NCBI GenBank assembly: GCA_032718475.1
Contig: JAUCBJ010009144.1
Span: forward strand, 1-64,000
Direction: 5' to 3'
DNA: 64,000 nucleotides
Source: Nemertoderma westbladi
Lineage: Eukaryota; Animalia; Xenacoelomorpha
The notes under the pieces are model-generated. The model was given only the letters and a program-made list of their open reading frames with translations. It had not been told where the DNA came from and searched no databases. Each line of letters opens with the position of its first letter. The stretch's first letter is position 1. The position numbers and the translations under genes are program-made. Positions 14,121-28,388 of this stretch are shown piece after piece.

Positions 14121-14556
14121 TTTGGGGACGTAAAGTTTGGAAGCATATAACTTTGTGTGGTGTGATGATATTACTTTAAAGTAAAAAGTTTTAGATACAA
14201 AATTTATTCCTCTATTCAAATATGCCACACACTAATGCTCAAATATAATATTTATATACTATAATTTTGTTTAAATTGATTTTAAATTGATATTAAATTG
14301 ATTGAATTTTAAATTTCCCTCCTACAATAGTTCAGCAATAATATGACAGTTTCAGAGACAGGTCAGTTTACGAGTCATTTTCATGGTCATAAATAATAAT
14401 ATGAAAATTAATTTTTGTTTTAAGATAAAGAATAATAAATTTTAGGAAAAGTAACGGAATTTCACTTGCAATAAATGTGGTTTGGCTTTGAACCAAGCAA
14501 TCAAATAAAGTGCGTCTCCAAAAGTCCCCCCCCCCCCCCCCCCGGTATGGATAGGG
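14051..14556. mobile_element. piggyBac-like non-autonomous element (MITE)
   Basis: TTAA at 14047-14050 and 14557-14560. 17-bp TIR CCCTATCCATACCGGGG / CCCCGGTATGGATAGGG plus subterminal inverted poly-G/poly-C blocks. Confidence 0.85.
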
Positions 14557-14859
14557 TTAACCCCCACTTAACCCCCACCTGTTGGTCGAGTGAGGTAACA
14601 AAAATATATTGCTTTATATGATTTTAAACACTTTGGAACCTGAAATCCAAGGAAATTGGTATGTTAACTCCTTTTCGCTATCACTGACGCGTCAATTGAT
14701 TTCCGAGATAATTGTGTCGTGACTTATTTTGCACGTCATATACTGTAGTTGATCTACTAACTGTAAGCTGTAGTCATTCGCATAGATGATGTTATTGATA
14801 CAAAGGGACTTAGTGATTGAATATGAGGCCAATCAGTGATGCCATCGTTGACCCAACTA

Positions 14860-15118
14860 CGGTGGCTGAATGTGGCCACTTTAATATAACAAATAGTTTC
14901 ACTTTAAAGGTACAAGCTCACCGGCGCGGTGACCCAGGCTCACCGTGGTAAAGAACCAAGTTACAGAAGGGGATTAAAGGAACCAAAACAATAAACGAGA
15001 GTTAGGAATATTGTAGAAAATCCAATTTAGCTAGGCTCACCCGCGGTGACCGGCGGTGAGCCTGGCTCACCCGCGGTGACCGGCGGTGAGCTTATACCTT
15101 TACCATAATCAGCCACCG
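14860..15118. mobile_element. TA-flanked MITE (Tc1/mariner-like)
   Basis: TA on both sides, TIR CGGTGGCTGA / TCAGCCACCG, and an inner inverted repeat TAAAGGTACAAGCTCACC / GGTGAGCTTATACCTTTA. Confidence 0.65.
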
Positions 15119-17400
15119 TACCCAACCACGCATCATAGGATACAATTTTGATTGTAAATATACTGTATTAGTGACACGTCCATCGCGTCAAATGAAAAAG
15201 TTGGAGAAGTCCAAATAAATTATTATTCATAAAAGTATTTTGATTGCATTTATTGACATTTGATACGCGTTGGTGCGCTCTTGGAAAAAACAACAATTCA
15301 ATTTTAGAAATATATTCTGTTTCGTAAGTTTTCGTTGTCTAATAATTACAATTATCCATAAGCTACATAATATTAAATATATTGGTTGTTTACAACGTGT
15401 AATATGAATGTTTCTTATAATTTTAATACTGTAAATAGAAAACCGGTACATAAATACAGTATCTCAAATATAATAATGTAGTTATCATATAATATATATT
15501 AATTTGTGAATATTGCTGAAAATAAATTATAATCTATGATAATTGAGTTTCAGGTTTTAGCAATATTCGTTTACCTATTATTTTTATATTGAAAAATGCT
15601 ACATAAACAAACATCATACAGCCAATCTATTAAACCTGGAGAAACCCCACCCGATATCCGTTCAATCTCATTGTTGGTGGGAAATTAATTCGGAGCAATC
15701 GAATTTAAAAGTTGTGACTTTGGCGCCCAAATTCTAATTTTTTTTGGTAGTTGAGAGGGCAAGATATATGACTTTGCACTACTGTTAAGTAAGATCATTT
15801 TGAATTTTGACGCCAAATTGAAATTATCGTCTGCCCCCCTCATAAGTCGTGTTTGGGGATATGCTGCAGGTTTAAGAAATAATCTTTTACTTGACTACGC
15901 CTATATGGTTAAGTCAATTAGCTAATTATCTTACTTAAATTAAACTGAAAACGAGATGACAAAATTGGACCATATTAGAGACAAATACAAACTATAAGAT
16001 TACAATAATCACTAGTTGTTACACTAAGCCTAAATTATACTGTATATAATAGGGGACATGACCAGACCATATGACATACTTTATACACATCGGTGTGCTT
16101 TAATGACTATAGGGCGGGGCGCATCACCTGCACTAACGGGAACAAACTACGCTACACGCCCCAATATGTTATTAGGCCTACTCTCAACCAATTGGATGGT
16201 TCCGGGTTAGGTTGAGCTCATCGAAGGTGTTCAACCTTGGGAGTTTGAGTGGCTCTCACCCCGCCACATATATGAAAGAGTAGCCTTCAGGTTGTTAGTT
16301 AGTTCGAGTATCTTGGAGACACCAGCGAAGGTACGTGGATAGGTATGCTTGCCTCCAAATTTACTTATTCTAGAGTGCAATCCTGTAGGCGGGTGGTGAC
16401 TTCTTACGGATGCTAAGTACTACATAGGTCATGTTAGGTATATTGTATACATCAATTAATATTCTAGAGAAATGTTCACCAACAATATTTACAAATCTCA
16501 GCCACAGTGAATCACCCTGCCGAAACCGATTCAACCGGGATCTAAGATTTAACCAAAGGAAGTTCGCGACAAAAATTATAAAAGTAGGTCCACTCTCTCA
16601 GTTTCAGTTAATTTTTATTAGCAATTTACTACGTAGGCGTTTGCATGTGATCAATCCAAAGATAACACCAACTGCATGTAAATTCAGTTAGAATTAATCT
16701 TAGGGTGGTTCACTGAACTAAATAGAAACAGAAACTATAGTTTGTTAATTTTTTCTCATTTCGTTATAGAATGTTAATATGCCTACCGAGCGCTATTCTT
16801 TGTGACTTTGATGGGTAATTCACTCGGAGAGTGAGAGTTTGCCATTGTTGCTGGTGAGTAATACCGATAAATAGGACAATGATCAGACTGAACAATACTA
16901 ACATATTATATATGAACCAACAGCACAAAGATACGTTTGGTTTCCATAAGCAATATAGAGAGTCTATCAAAACAAACGACAACAAAAATATAGTTGTGCT
17001 ACATATTATGATGATATTGATTTAGAGTGACACAAATATGTAATAATTAATAAATCTAATTAACATTCAACACAAATACAATAATAGATTAAGATACATT
17101 AATTCCATACGGCATTATAGACATTTGTTGAGACAATTATATAGGTTTTTAACCATCTGACTTAAAAATTCAATATGAAAAACACTGTAGAATAATTAGG
17201 TCTAATTTTCTTATAATTATTGGTTGAAATGATTTTCAATCAGTAGTGATTACTAATTAACATCATTTTGAGAAAATACAATTATGTAAGCAGATCGTAA
17301 TTAAATTGCATACGTTTTAAACACAGAGATAATAGAGTTGATTCACCATTGTCGCTGAATTTGTCAACTTTCTCTGCAGATCCAACTTCTTTACAGTTTC

Positions 17401-19825
17401 CTACATACACATCATCTTTATAAATTCTAAAAACGTAAAATTGCAATCAAATTAATATAAAATGGTTGTGGATTATTTGATTCTTTATTTAATTATTCCC
17501 ACCCGACCTTATTTACATTTTTTTTACCTTCAAGATTAATTTGTCCATCACCATCATCATCAGCATCATTAATCATTTCTTGGACTTCGTCTGCCGTCAT
17601 CTTTTCCCCTAAATTTGTCATCATGTACATCAATTCATCCGCGGTTATAAATCCGTTATCGTCTTTGTCAAATATCTGCATGAATGAGGTCGTTAATGTG
17701 GTCGTTAATGAGGTCGTTAATACATTCTGGATGGAAGTCTAACTTCTTAGTCTTAGATTATATCATTGGTTTTGTACGAATTTAAAAAATCAAAAGTCTG
17801 GTACAAACTTTACAAATAACAGGTATGGTACAAACTTTACAAATAACAGGTATGGTACAAACTTTACAAATAACAGGTATGGTACAAACTTTACAAATAA
17901 CAGGTATGGTACAAACTTTACAAATTACAGGTATGGTACAAACTTTACAAATAACAGGTATGGTACAAACTTTACAAATAACAGGTATGGTACAAACTTT
18001 ACAAATTACAGGTATGGTACAAACTTTACAAATTACAGGTATGGTACAAACTTTACAAATTACAGGTATGGTACAAACTTAACTAACAAAAATGTATAAT
18101 CAAACCTTAAATGCCTCTGTTAGTTCTTGTTCTGCGTCTTGCTCTGCCATTTTCTTCGCCATTAACATTAAAAATTCATTAAACTCTATGCTTCCACTGC
18201 CTGCAAATAATATAAACTTGTCAAACTCAATTGATGCTTCCACAACAGCTGTTATATTTATAGCGATGAATTAATTAACCTGTATAATTCCTAATTTAAT
18301 TATGTATTCTTTCATATATCTAAATTTCTATTATATTATATTAGTAATAACCGAGGATATAATATTGGCTATAGAGTGAGATATGGCGTGATATAATGAT
18401 TAAGGGAAGGTGTGCCCATGGAGACACGTTGACGAAGGGTGAGCAAACAATATAGTATGTTGAGGCTTCCTAGATACTGCATATTGGTATTAACTAAGGG
18501 CCCACTAATGTGCAATATTAGGAGTTCGAGTGGAAGTTATTCTTGAGTGTAGTTCTACATCAAATATCACCTAATTCCCTAACTTGACTTATTTTGGAGT
18601 TATTGGTTAGTACTTTGTCCTCAACGTAGTTGAGATAACTTTTGGTGTATGGGTGAGGTACTTAAAGATGACTAGTTGATATCAGAAAACAATACACATC
18701 GCAAATTACAAAACCATTATTTACTCCATGACACTTCCTCTGGGGTCCATCCATATCGATGACAGGTTTTTCGACAGCAGATGCCATGGCCGAACTCGAG
18801 TGACAGTGAAGAGGGTAGGTCGATATTCAACTAGAGATACACCCAGGAATCGATTAGTACGATTTCGAATTCTCACCACTGACGAAATCTACTAACACTT
18901 GTATTACTGCGTATGGCACGGGAACTGTAGATCTATACTAGACTTACCGCTGCACGGGTACTGTTTACAGTTAAAATAATTGGTAGTCGCCCTTTACCAG
19001 ATGTACTGGTATCGAGCAAATCCCTTATGCTGTGTCCCATGGGCGTTACTGGATTCTCATCTGCCGTAACTACATTTATCAACCGGAATATAACGTAATA
19101 TTTTATGTACGTCCTATTTTACCCACAGAGTTCCATAATAATCCCTTTTTCGATTACAATAATAAACGAAACCAGTAACATATTACCTACCATCTTTATC
19201 AACTTCATTAATCATATCGTTGAGCTCCTGTTGATTGGGTGATTGTCCCATTTTTCGCATCACACTACCGAGTTCGTCAGCTGATATTGTATTATCGCTG
19301 TCAGCGTCAAACAGCTGAAAGGCCTCCCGGAACTCCGCTATCTGTTCTGCTGATAAGCCTAATTGGTCCACTTCAGACTGGGAAGAGGCCTAAGAATACA
19401 TGGTGATAGCATTATTTTTAGATTTCCTTTATTGCATTAGTTATTTATTTGCCAAATTTATAGATTATAGTCAAAAATATATAGATATTTATAGACCAGT
19501 TATTAAAGGAAATTTAAACCCATTTAAAAAAGACCTGTTTAAAAATATTCTAACTTTTTGAAGCGGATGTTGATTATTGAAATAGAATATAGTCGAGGTC
19601 GAGCAAAAATAGTGAGAAAAAGCTCTATATTTTAAAAGTATTCTAAATTATTTCAACTTCAGGTGCAATGCAATTAGGTTAGACAACTTTTCTAAGCAAA
19701 TAAACAATGTTGCATAAAAGTGAGTGGAAAATGGGTGCAACATTATTGTAAAGTTTCCTAAATTTTAATTAAATTTAACTCTTTATGTACCGTTAGGTTA
19801 TATACTATTTATACATACATACCAT
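17401..19825 (-). CDS. Calmodulin-like protein, 156 aa, 5 coding exons (19825-19823, 19389-19191, 18200-18106, 17675-17528, 17426-17401)
   Basis: All introns are GT-AG with consistent phases (0,1,0,1), 471 nt including TAG. Four EF-hand loops: [48 protein letters not shown]. The ATG-only first coding exon is as in calmodulin genes. Too divergent to be canonical CaM. Confidence 0.9.
17799..18080. repeat. 27-bp minisatellite, ~10 copies, in calmodulin-like intron 3
   Basis: Unit TGGTACAAACTTTACAAATAACAGGTA, near-identical copies. Confidence 0.95.
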
Positions 19826-22800
19826 ATTGTTTGCGTTGTATTACTCGATATATTAAATTGATACGCAACTTTTAAGTTTGCAAAAGAAAACGTCTTCCAC
19901 TTTTATTATAATAATTATTTTGACAAATGAAAAACCAGCTAAATCAAATGTCACACCAATAATTGATTTCCAAACAAAACTATTGTTATTTTCACCGAAA
20001 CTCAATTAATATAACTTTACTGAATCCAATCTCGGATAACGCTTTCCGCACCGTCAAGTCAGTTGCTGCCAAACCAACGTAACAATTTAATAAACGCCGA
20101 CAGTGATTATAATTAAAGTAGAGCTTAAATGCGTTTACCCGAAATGACTCCATCGCCAGGTTAACTACGGCTCATACTACAACCACCGATTCCAATTGCC
20201 AAGAGTCATGGCAACGGAAAACAATAATACTACTTATTATATTATTTGACAGATAAACGTGAGAATTTCTGGCACCGATTTATTGGCCCCTAAGATAATA
20301 TGATTTTGCTGAAAGGCTGAACTACATCGATCAATAGACAAGCTTTTTGTTTGACTATTAGATTACTCATCATAACACAATGTCAATGGTTTTATTCGAT
20401 TTTCTCTTTGTAAACCATAAATAACTCTGGTGTGGTCGCCAAAAGAACACAAACATACAATTTTCGCGTTCAATTTTTACGCAATCTCGAATCCCGCAAA
20501 AGGCCTATTTATCATAAATATCACTGGCTGTCTCGGTATAAGAGTTCTGTGATCAGCCACGATTGCAGCTGACCTCTCACCCACCCGGATGCCGTAAAAC
20601 AAGATCATGAACATGTTGATCTATACTTTTATTCTTTACCACAGATATCACTTTTTATTTAGTTTACGTGTCGTCCTTTTCATATACGACAATTGTTAGT
20701 ATCCCCGTCTTTCCTGACTCTTGATATAGGAAAGTTTCAAAAAGATATTTGCTGCAAGATATATTTTAGTTATTGTTTTGCACTCCACTATTTTTGTGTG
20801 GAAGGACTTTAGATCCCGGGGACTTTAGATTCCACAAAATCCCGTTTGGATCTAACGTCCTCTGGGATCTAAAAGTTATAATCTAAGTCTATATATAATC
20901 TAAGTTATAATTATAGAATAACCGGATATTGTAAATGGTTATAATTGTATGTATGTTGCGCAGCGCATGGATACGCGTTTTTCATTCAATTTTATAGTAA
21001 GTTTTACCAACCGGTTCCGGCCTATCCTCATATCCTTCCAGTAGGAACACCACCTCGATCAATCGGGATTTCGAAGCCGATTTTATAAGGGGTTTTATTT
21101 CGCGTAAAATTTCCTTGTAACTTTTTCTCTCCAACTGGAATTTTCGATCCTCGCGAGATATTCTTTCTTCAACTACAGGCATCTCAAACATCAAATACAG
21201 TAGAAGAACAATTGCAGTAGATAATTTTTTTACACTGTAATTAATAGGACTCAAGCAATATGCGTTGATTATTATTAATACGAAAAACACAAATATATTT
21301 AAGAAATTTAAGTAAATATATTATTTCCACGAATTTATGCGTGATAATATCCGCTTGCAGGATTATTCCGAGAAAATTATGTGCTGCGGATGGCAAATCA
21401 GCACTGCGAAGAGATCTTTAGTTCGTTTCTGCTTTGAATTTCTCACACGTCATCATTCATTATATAATCTTTTTTTCCCTTTTTAAACATAGAGATTAAG
21501 ATTCCACAGAGACAACCTAATGTACAGTAGCATGGAGACAAACTAATCGCAGTAATCTAAGCTTAGTATATAGGAAATTTGATTGCCGGCGCACGCACAG
21601 GTGCATAACTAAAATGTCGCAGAACATATATCTTACAAAGTAATTGGAAATAAAAGCATCGAAAAAATCAATAATAATTGTAAATGTATTTCAAGCGTAT
21701 AAAACTGACCCCCCCCCCCCCCTTACCACCCGGTATGTGAGACATAAATATTTTATTCCACAAAATTTATTTTTAAGGAGAGACTACAACTTTTTATTTA
21801 TCAAACTCACAAATTTCAGATTTTTAAATGTATAAGATCATAGAAACAATAACAAAGAAGATGCTCCAACCGCATCATCTGTTGCCATTTCTCATGTTCC
21901 GGAAGACTGGCTAAGAAGTTTCCTAAGGTGGTTCTGGTTCTGATTGTGTGCTATTCTCCAACTAGTGTTGCCCCTCAGTAGAGGAGGCGGACAACTTCAA
22001 CCACTATTTACAAGCAGATACTGGATCAGCATGCATTCTTAACTTTCCTGTGAGACTTTAATGTTTCCCAAGGTATAGAAAGCTAATGCTTGTTGTACCT
22101 GTACAAGTAAATTAACAATTAAACTAAAAACTTTAATATACAGTAGACAATTTACAATTACTAGATGAAGTTACAATAAGTACCTAAAACTGTTTATGGG
22201 TAATAATTAAATATTGATACCGGTAATGGGAATTGCACTAATTATTAATATCTATGTAAAAATAACATTGTAGATATTTTTTTAAAAATACGAATGACTA
22301 ATGAAAGTCTACATCAATCATCTACATCACCCTGGGTCTATTAATAGTGATAGTGTTAATCGAAATTCCGTCCATCTTCAGGATTTCATCTCGGATGGAA
22401 ATGCAATGTTTTAGGTTGGAACCATGGCGACCTTATTAAGCTTATTAAGTAAGGTTCCCTACGTAATTTACTTAGTAAGGTCGCCATGATTGGAACCCCG
22501 TTCAAGAAGTGAACTGGAAAGCTATGGAAACTACAAGACTGTAGTGCATTTACAAAGGTTAGACTTAGTCTTCGCGCTAGCAGAACTACGAAATCTGCCT
22601 TGCCACGACATGACTGGTCGTCACTGTTGCAACAGTCCAGTGTGAGAACAAGCTTCTCACTATAGCTGAGCAACAGGTATGAGGCTCTTGCCTCTGAGAG
22701 GAAAGATCACTACGAGGAGGATTATACTGCCTAATCAGAAGTCGTTAAGTTAGCAGCCACATAAACAGCTCATGTATACCCTCGAAACAGGAAAAAGCCC

Positions 22801-22857
22801 CACCCCCCCCCCCCAGACTGACCGCAGAATCTGGATGTGTCAAAATGACCTCTCTAA

Positions 22858-23159
22858 AGCCCCGTTCACATCCAACGGTGCGTGAGCGGTAAAGTAGCGG
22901 TATTGTAGCGGTAACCCAGCGGTACACTACCCGGAGCCTGTTAACACCAAACGGTACCGTTGCGGTAACTGATTGTCTATCTGTCGATTGTGAATTCAAC
23001 AGGAAATTGCATTAATTGTTTTAACATTGTTTAAATGGGCTGCGGTAAACCGTGCGGTTTAGCGCATAACTACATGTTGGGTCGTTCACAGTCAGCGGTT
23101 TACCGCTGGCCCTGCGGTACACCGCGCGGTGTACCGTTCCGTTGGATGTGAACGGGCCT
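22858..23159. mobile_element. PIF/Harbinger-like MITE
   Basis: TAA on both sides and a ~21-bp TIR AG(C/G)CCCGTTCACATCCAACGG. Confidence 0.8.
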
Positions 23160-23879
23160 TAAGGGACAGAATGAGTCCCGCCGGCTCGGGCACACGAGGA
23201 CAGCCAAGGATGCAGTTAAGGATGCATCTAGGTCCCTTAACAGGCAGAATTCTGATAATCTGAAGGAGCTTATCAATAAGCATGTTGATGCCATTAATAA
23301 TGCTGATGAGTGATGATAGCAGGGAATCATCCCAGGCATGGCCATCAATAAACCTGCTCTCTGGGAGGAAAGGCCAACCAACAAATAATGTTAATTAAGG
23401 CTGATTATCCAGCTGATTGCCTCAATTGTGGGATGGCCTTCTTTGAGAAGCTTCCAAACAATGAAAGGGTATTGCCTGTTAACTTTGAGGTACATCGTGT
23501 ATCTGTGTAGTCTGTGCTCATATACTGTATATCCCCATTGGTGATATCTCCTTCGTTGAAATCAAAACTGCAGCAATATACCAATAGTGCCAGTTGAGTT
23601 GATGGCGTGGCTCCTGAAGTCTTTACATATCCTGAGTGTCTGGAGCTCATTCATCCCATTATTTTGACATGTATTGACCAAAGAGAGTCAGTCCCTCAAG
23701 AAATGAAAACAAATAAGTTAGTCCCTGTTACGAGATTAATCCCCATATACACTTCGGAGACCAAAAATCAATATATCGCCTTATCAGCCAATAGCCGTAT
23801 AATGGCATTAATTATCACCCAAGTTTGTTACCTACAAAGGTCAGGTTAACAAACATTAAGGCCCAGCGGCAAACCAAAT

Positions 23880-24154
23880 GGCCCATGTAAAGAATACCAG
23901 ACTTTCTGCCGTTTTATTTCACTTTGTAGTTACCCCCATGTGAAGAATACCAAGTTTTCACCAAAAACACAGGTTACAGAAGGGCTGTATTCTAACCAAA
24001 ACAATAAACGAATTAGTATATGTACAGGTTATAAGACATAATTGAGCGCTATAAAACACTTAATAAAGATAAATTTAAAAAAAAAATCTTCATATATAAA
24101 ATTCCAATAAAAACGTCGACCGAAAAGTGAAATCCTGGTATTCTTCACATGGGC
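23880..24154. mobile_element. MITE with 9-10-bp TSD (Mutator-like)
   Basis: TIR GCCCATGT(A/G)AAGAATACCAG / CTGGTATTCTTCACATGGGC, flanked on both sides by AAACCAAAT. Confidence 0.7.
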
Positions 24155-24668
24155 AAACCAAATTGATGTCACGTGGTTGCGCAATCTACCATATTAATTC
24201 CCATACATTAAAGGTATTGTGCATACAATAGTATTGCTTAATGCTTTGACCAGTGTGCATAGGACGTGATGGGGATCCCCAGTCATCCCATGTCATCCCC
24301 AGTTATTGCATTGTATTAGTGTACATAAGACCTGTGGGGAGGCCCTATGCTAACCCAATAATTATTGTATAGTTACCTACAGGAAGGACAGAATATTCAA
24401 TAACCTACAACTATTATTAGCCACACCCAATCTGCTGCCTTCTAATATTATTGGTGGCGAGCAGCAACCAATCACGAGCCTGTTGTTGGCTGGTTCAATC
24501 AGACTAGACCAGCTGTTTTGTTCTTCCTTCCTACAGTAATAATAGTTCTTGTGTACCATGATTCAGTGTTGGTTATATGTTTATCAAGATATTGAGCTCA
24601 TGGTTGTTACGGTGTGGTGCTGTACGACAACCAATTATTAACTACTGAATTATTTGTGATAAATCCAA

Positions 24669-24970
24669 GCCGCAGCTTGGTCTAGTGGTGACATTACTGT
24701 GCTTCCGATTAGGGAGCCCGGGTTCGATCCCGAGATGGGGCAGCACTGTTTGGGCACAGTGCTTTAAATGCTGCAGCCTAGCCCAACCCCGACTTTCATC
24801 CTTCAGTGGTCGATAAATGGGAACCAAGGCAACTTGGGAAACAGAGTGGAAGGGTTTACTGTGGGAGATCACCCATGGTGATGAACAGGCATTCCTTGGC
24901 TTAACGAATCTAAAAGATTCTCCCATTCATTTGTGATAAACGGTTCACTTGAGCCCGGATTTTGGAGCAT
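24669..24970 (+). mobile_element. tRNA-derived SINE
   Basis: A box TGGTCTAGTGG and B box GGTTCGATCCC, then a body motif CTTTCATCCTTCAGTGGTCGATAAATGGGAACC related to the SINE at 41093. Confidence 0.7.
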
Positions 24971-26379
24971 TAACTGGTTATCTGTCTGCTTCTTTCTTTT
25001 ATATCAATATTATTTGAATATATGTGAAGATCAAGACGAACACAGTTAGAGTTATAAAGAAAGAAATACAGACATCTGGCTATTATCTTTGTTGACTTCT
25101 TTAAAGTCTTCGACTCAGTCTCCCGACCACGTATGTTCAGCATACTTCCATTATATGGGATTCCTGAGGAAATTGTTGCAGCTATCAGATCACTGTACGA
25201 AGGTTCCTCCACATTTGTGTCTACTGTTGACGCTGACACAGAACCATTTGAAGTGTTCTGGGAGACACACTTGCGCCATTCTTGTTCATAATTGTTGTTG
25301 ACTATGATCTACGCATGTCCTTAGATCGTCATAATGATGATGCGGTGATGATAACTCCACCTACTGGTTCAAGAAGTAGAGGAAATCCTGCCAAGTACCT
25401 AACTGATCTAGACTTTACTGATGACTTAGGAGTACTCTCAGAATCACTAGAGGGAGCCCAAAGGCCCATCTTCTCATTGGAACATGTTTCTTCTAGTGTT
25501 GGTCTTTTTCAAACTCGAAGAAGCCCACAATTATGACATTGGCCCTTGACAGCCCCCAAGAAATGTCTGATCGCAAGGGCATAAGCTCAAGAGATCGCTG
25601 GCTTGAGCATGGGGATCAATGGATGACTTCTGCTGGATCCGGAAGTCAGGTAAAGACCTTCGGATACATAAGGTAAAGGCATGCACACTGTACAGCATTG
25701 AATAGTCTATCCAGGATTTGGAAATCCAATGGAATAATAACTGAATCTCAAGATTTGATTAGTTAGGGCAGCAGCAGCGGCATAGCGGCATAATACTGTC
25801 TAGAAACGACCGGCGATTAACCTATACCACTTGTTCTTCAATTGCGTATTTTAAAATATTTTTCACCGGCGAATTTGCATTTTGTTTGGCAGTCATGTAA
25901 GGTACGTCAACGTTTATATATAGCTGGTCCTACTGTGGCTGATTGCGGCCAAACATTTAAATTTTTTAATGTTTTTCACCCCTGTGAAAAACATTCATAA
26001 CCCGGGTAAAAAAACATTTATCATACCGTCCTGGCGGGTGAAAAACATTTATCACCCGTGTGGCGGGTGAAAAACATTTATCACTCAGGTAAAAACCAAT
26101 TAGATGTTTAACGATTGACTTTAGTTTACTGTTTTGGTTAGATCAACGTTCCACTGCAACCTGTTCATTTACAATAATTGATATATTTTTTATATTTCAT
26201 TTGATACCTAAATTCAATTAAATTGAAATTTTATTAATTTAAAATGATTTTTAATATTTATTGTATATTTTGTATCTGTAGTACATTTTGGTGATCAATG
26301 TTAATGTTGTGGAAAGTAAACTGAGATTCAGTAGGAAGCACAATAATTATGGATTAATAATATCATAGTAGGAAGCATA

Positions 26380-26380
<1 letters not shown>

Positions 26381-26429
<49 letters not shown>

Positions 26430-28388
26430 ATATATAAATATCCTCTGTCTGTCTGTGAGTCTGTGAGTCTATGAGTCTGTGAGTCTGTCCAAGCTATACG
26501 CTCCGAAACACGAGCACCAATCTGAGCGAATGATACATCGATCGAAAGCTCTCGTCCCGAGCACGTAAACTATCGCTATCTCAAGGCTTATTTTACGCGT
26601 ATGCTTGCGTGAATGCGTATTTTGTATTCGCTGCAACATGTTGTGTGATAAAATCTCAAAGTGATTCGAATATTCCTTTTGGCAGTACAGGCCTGGCAAA
26701 GCTGAGAGTTAGTTAGCAAGGCAGCTAGCTACTTGCAGACCAATCATAGGTGGCCTGCAGCAGGCTGGGTTGGTTAAGTAGTAATCTCAATACATAGGAC
26801 CCTGCAGGAGAGCGGAGTGGATCTACTGTGATTGGTTCTTGACTTACATTGGTAAGAACAAGCAGTAAATCTTAGATTAGCTTTTTTCAGTTCACATATT
26901 GTTTATAATCATAAACACATAATGATTCAATTATTCATTTTTGCAATGTACCGGATGGGTGCTAGCGAGGTAGGCCTAGCAGGTCGTCAGTCCGTCATCC
27001 TACAAGTTGGACCATCCTCAGCCCGTGAACATGAATTGTAAAGGCTATCTCGAGGCTGATTTTTTACACATTTACTTAATACTTGCATGAATGCGTCTTT
27101 GAGGTAAAATTGCATTATTCTGCAGTTGTTTTCTTATCGGAGAAATTACTGATCAGCAAGCAGGAAATTATAACAGCAGTTATTGCATCATCGTAACCAC
27201 TCTGCTGACACTTTGCAGAATAAATTCTACCTGACCATAGCTGCGTGTTGGGAGGACGCCGACCAGTTTGCGGATCTTCAATCTGCCACTAGGAGGCGAA
27301 ATGTCTGAAAGTGAAAATCTTATCCTATTTTGTTATTAATAATGATTTTTAGCTGAGACTTAGGTCCTTTACACAATATGTTTATAATGTTTTTTCCTGA
27401 TACCAAGCAGAGTATACTACACCGTAGGGTGTGTATTTGGGCTTGGGGAGACGATGAGTAATCTACAGTTCCCCATTCTGCCGCTATTACTTGATGAAAT
27501 GTCTGAATGAGGAAACCTACAATTTTGTTGTTTATGAATGCTTTTTTGCTGATACTTGGCACTTGGCAGAGGACTACTACACCACAGTCGTCATGTTTGG
27601 GGAGGACGCTAACCAGTGCATAATTATGCAGTCTGCCACTAGGGGGCGAAATGTCTGAAATTAAAACTTTCCATTTTAATACGATAGAGTTGCTGCAGTG
27701 ACCTACTGCACTATAGGTTGTGTTTGCGAGGACGCTAACCACTACTCTGCAGTTATACAGTTTTCCACTAAGGGGAAAATATTACACACAGTTTAAACCT
27801 TTTCCAATTTTATTATTTGTAATCCATTGGAGGTGTTTTGGTAGGTATCTACTACAACATAAAGCCTTATGTTTATTATTGTATGTAGCTGCAACTAAAG
27901 CGGCATCAGTCTGTTTGTTTGAGAGAATGCTCACTTATGTAAAGTTTTGCATAATTATGCAGTCTGCCACTAGGGGGCGAAATGTCTGAAATTAAAACTT
28001 TCCATTTTAATACGATAGAGTTGCTGCAGTGACCTACTGCACTATAGGTTGTGTTTGCGAGGACGCTAACCACTACTCTGCAGTTATACAGTTTTCCACT
28101 AAGGGGAAAATATTACACACAGTTTAAACCTTTTCCAATTTTATTATTTGTAATCCATTGGAGGTGTTTTGGTAGGTATCTACTACAACATAAAGCCTTA
28201 TGTTTATTATTGTATGTAGCTGCAACTAAAGCGGCATCAGTCTGTTTGTTTGAGAGAATGCTCACTTATGTAAAGTTTTGTTAAGTTAATTAATTTATTT
28301 ATTTATGTTTGATATTGTCCATTGATTGATTGACTGTATAGAAGCTTGTGAACTAGAAAGCCGTGGCCGAAGGCCACGGGGTTTCTAG
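26381..28388 (+). mobile_element. Non-autonomous Helitron copy 1 (with internal 331-bp tandem duplication)
   Basis: A|TC start with (TCTA)n expansion, 3' hairpin CCGTGGCC-GAA-GGCCACGG and terminal CTAG. ~27620-27950 is duplicated at ~27951-28281. Confidence 0.85.

Larger units (their letters stand above)
21900..25770 (+). mobile_element. Decayed non-LTR retrotransposon (RTE-like LINE) fragments interrupted by MITEs and a SINE
   Basis: Disrupted RT at ~25080-25520: FDSVSRPRMFSILPLYGIPEEIVAAIRSLY, GDTLAPFLFIIVVDY, LTDLDFTDDL. Weaker upstream pieces: YSPT at ~21950 and DGVAPEV at ~23600. The upstream boundary is uncertain. Confidence 0.65.

Noticed and set aside
17825-18082. 85-aa (MVQTLQITG)n ORF
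   Set aside because: It is an intronic 27-bp minisatellite, antisense to the calmodulin-like gene.
20982-21290. 102-aa ORF with a protein-like C-terminal half
   Set aside because: No recognisable motif or splice context, so it cannot be supported without a database search.
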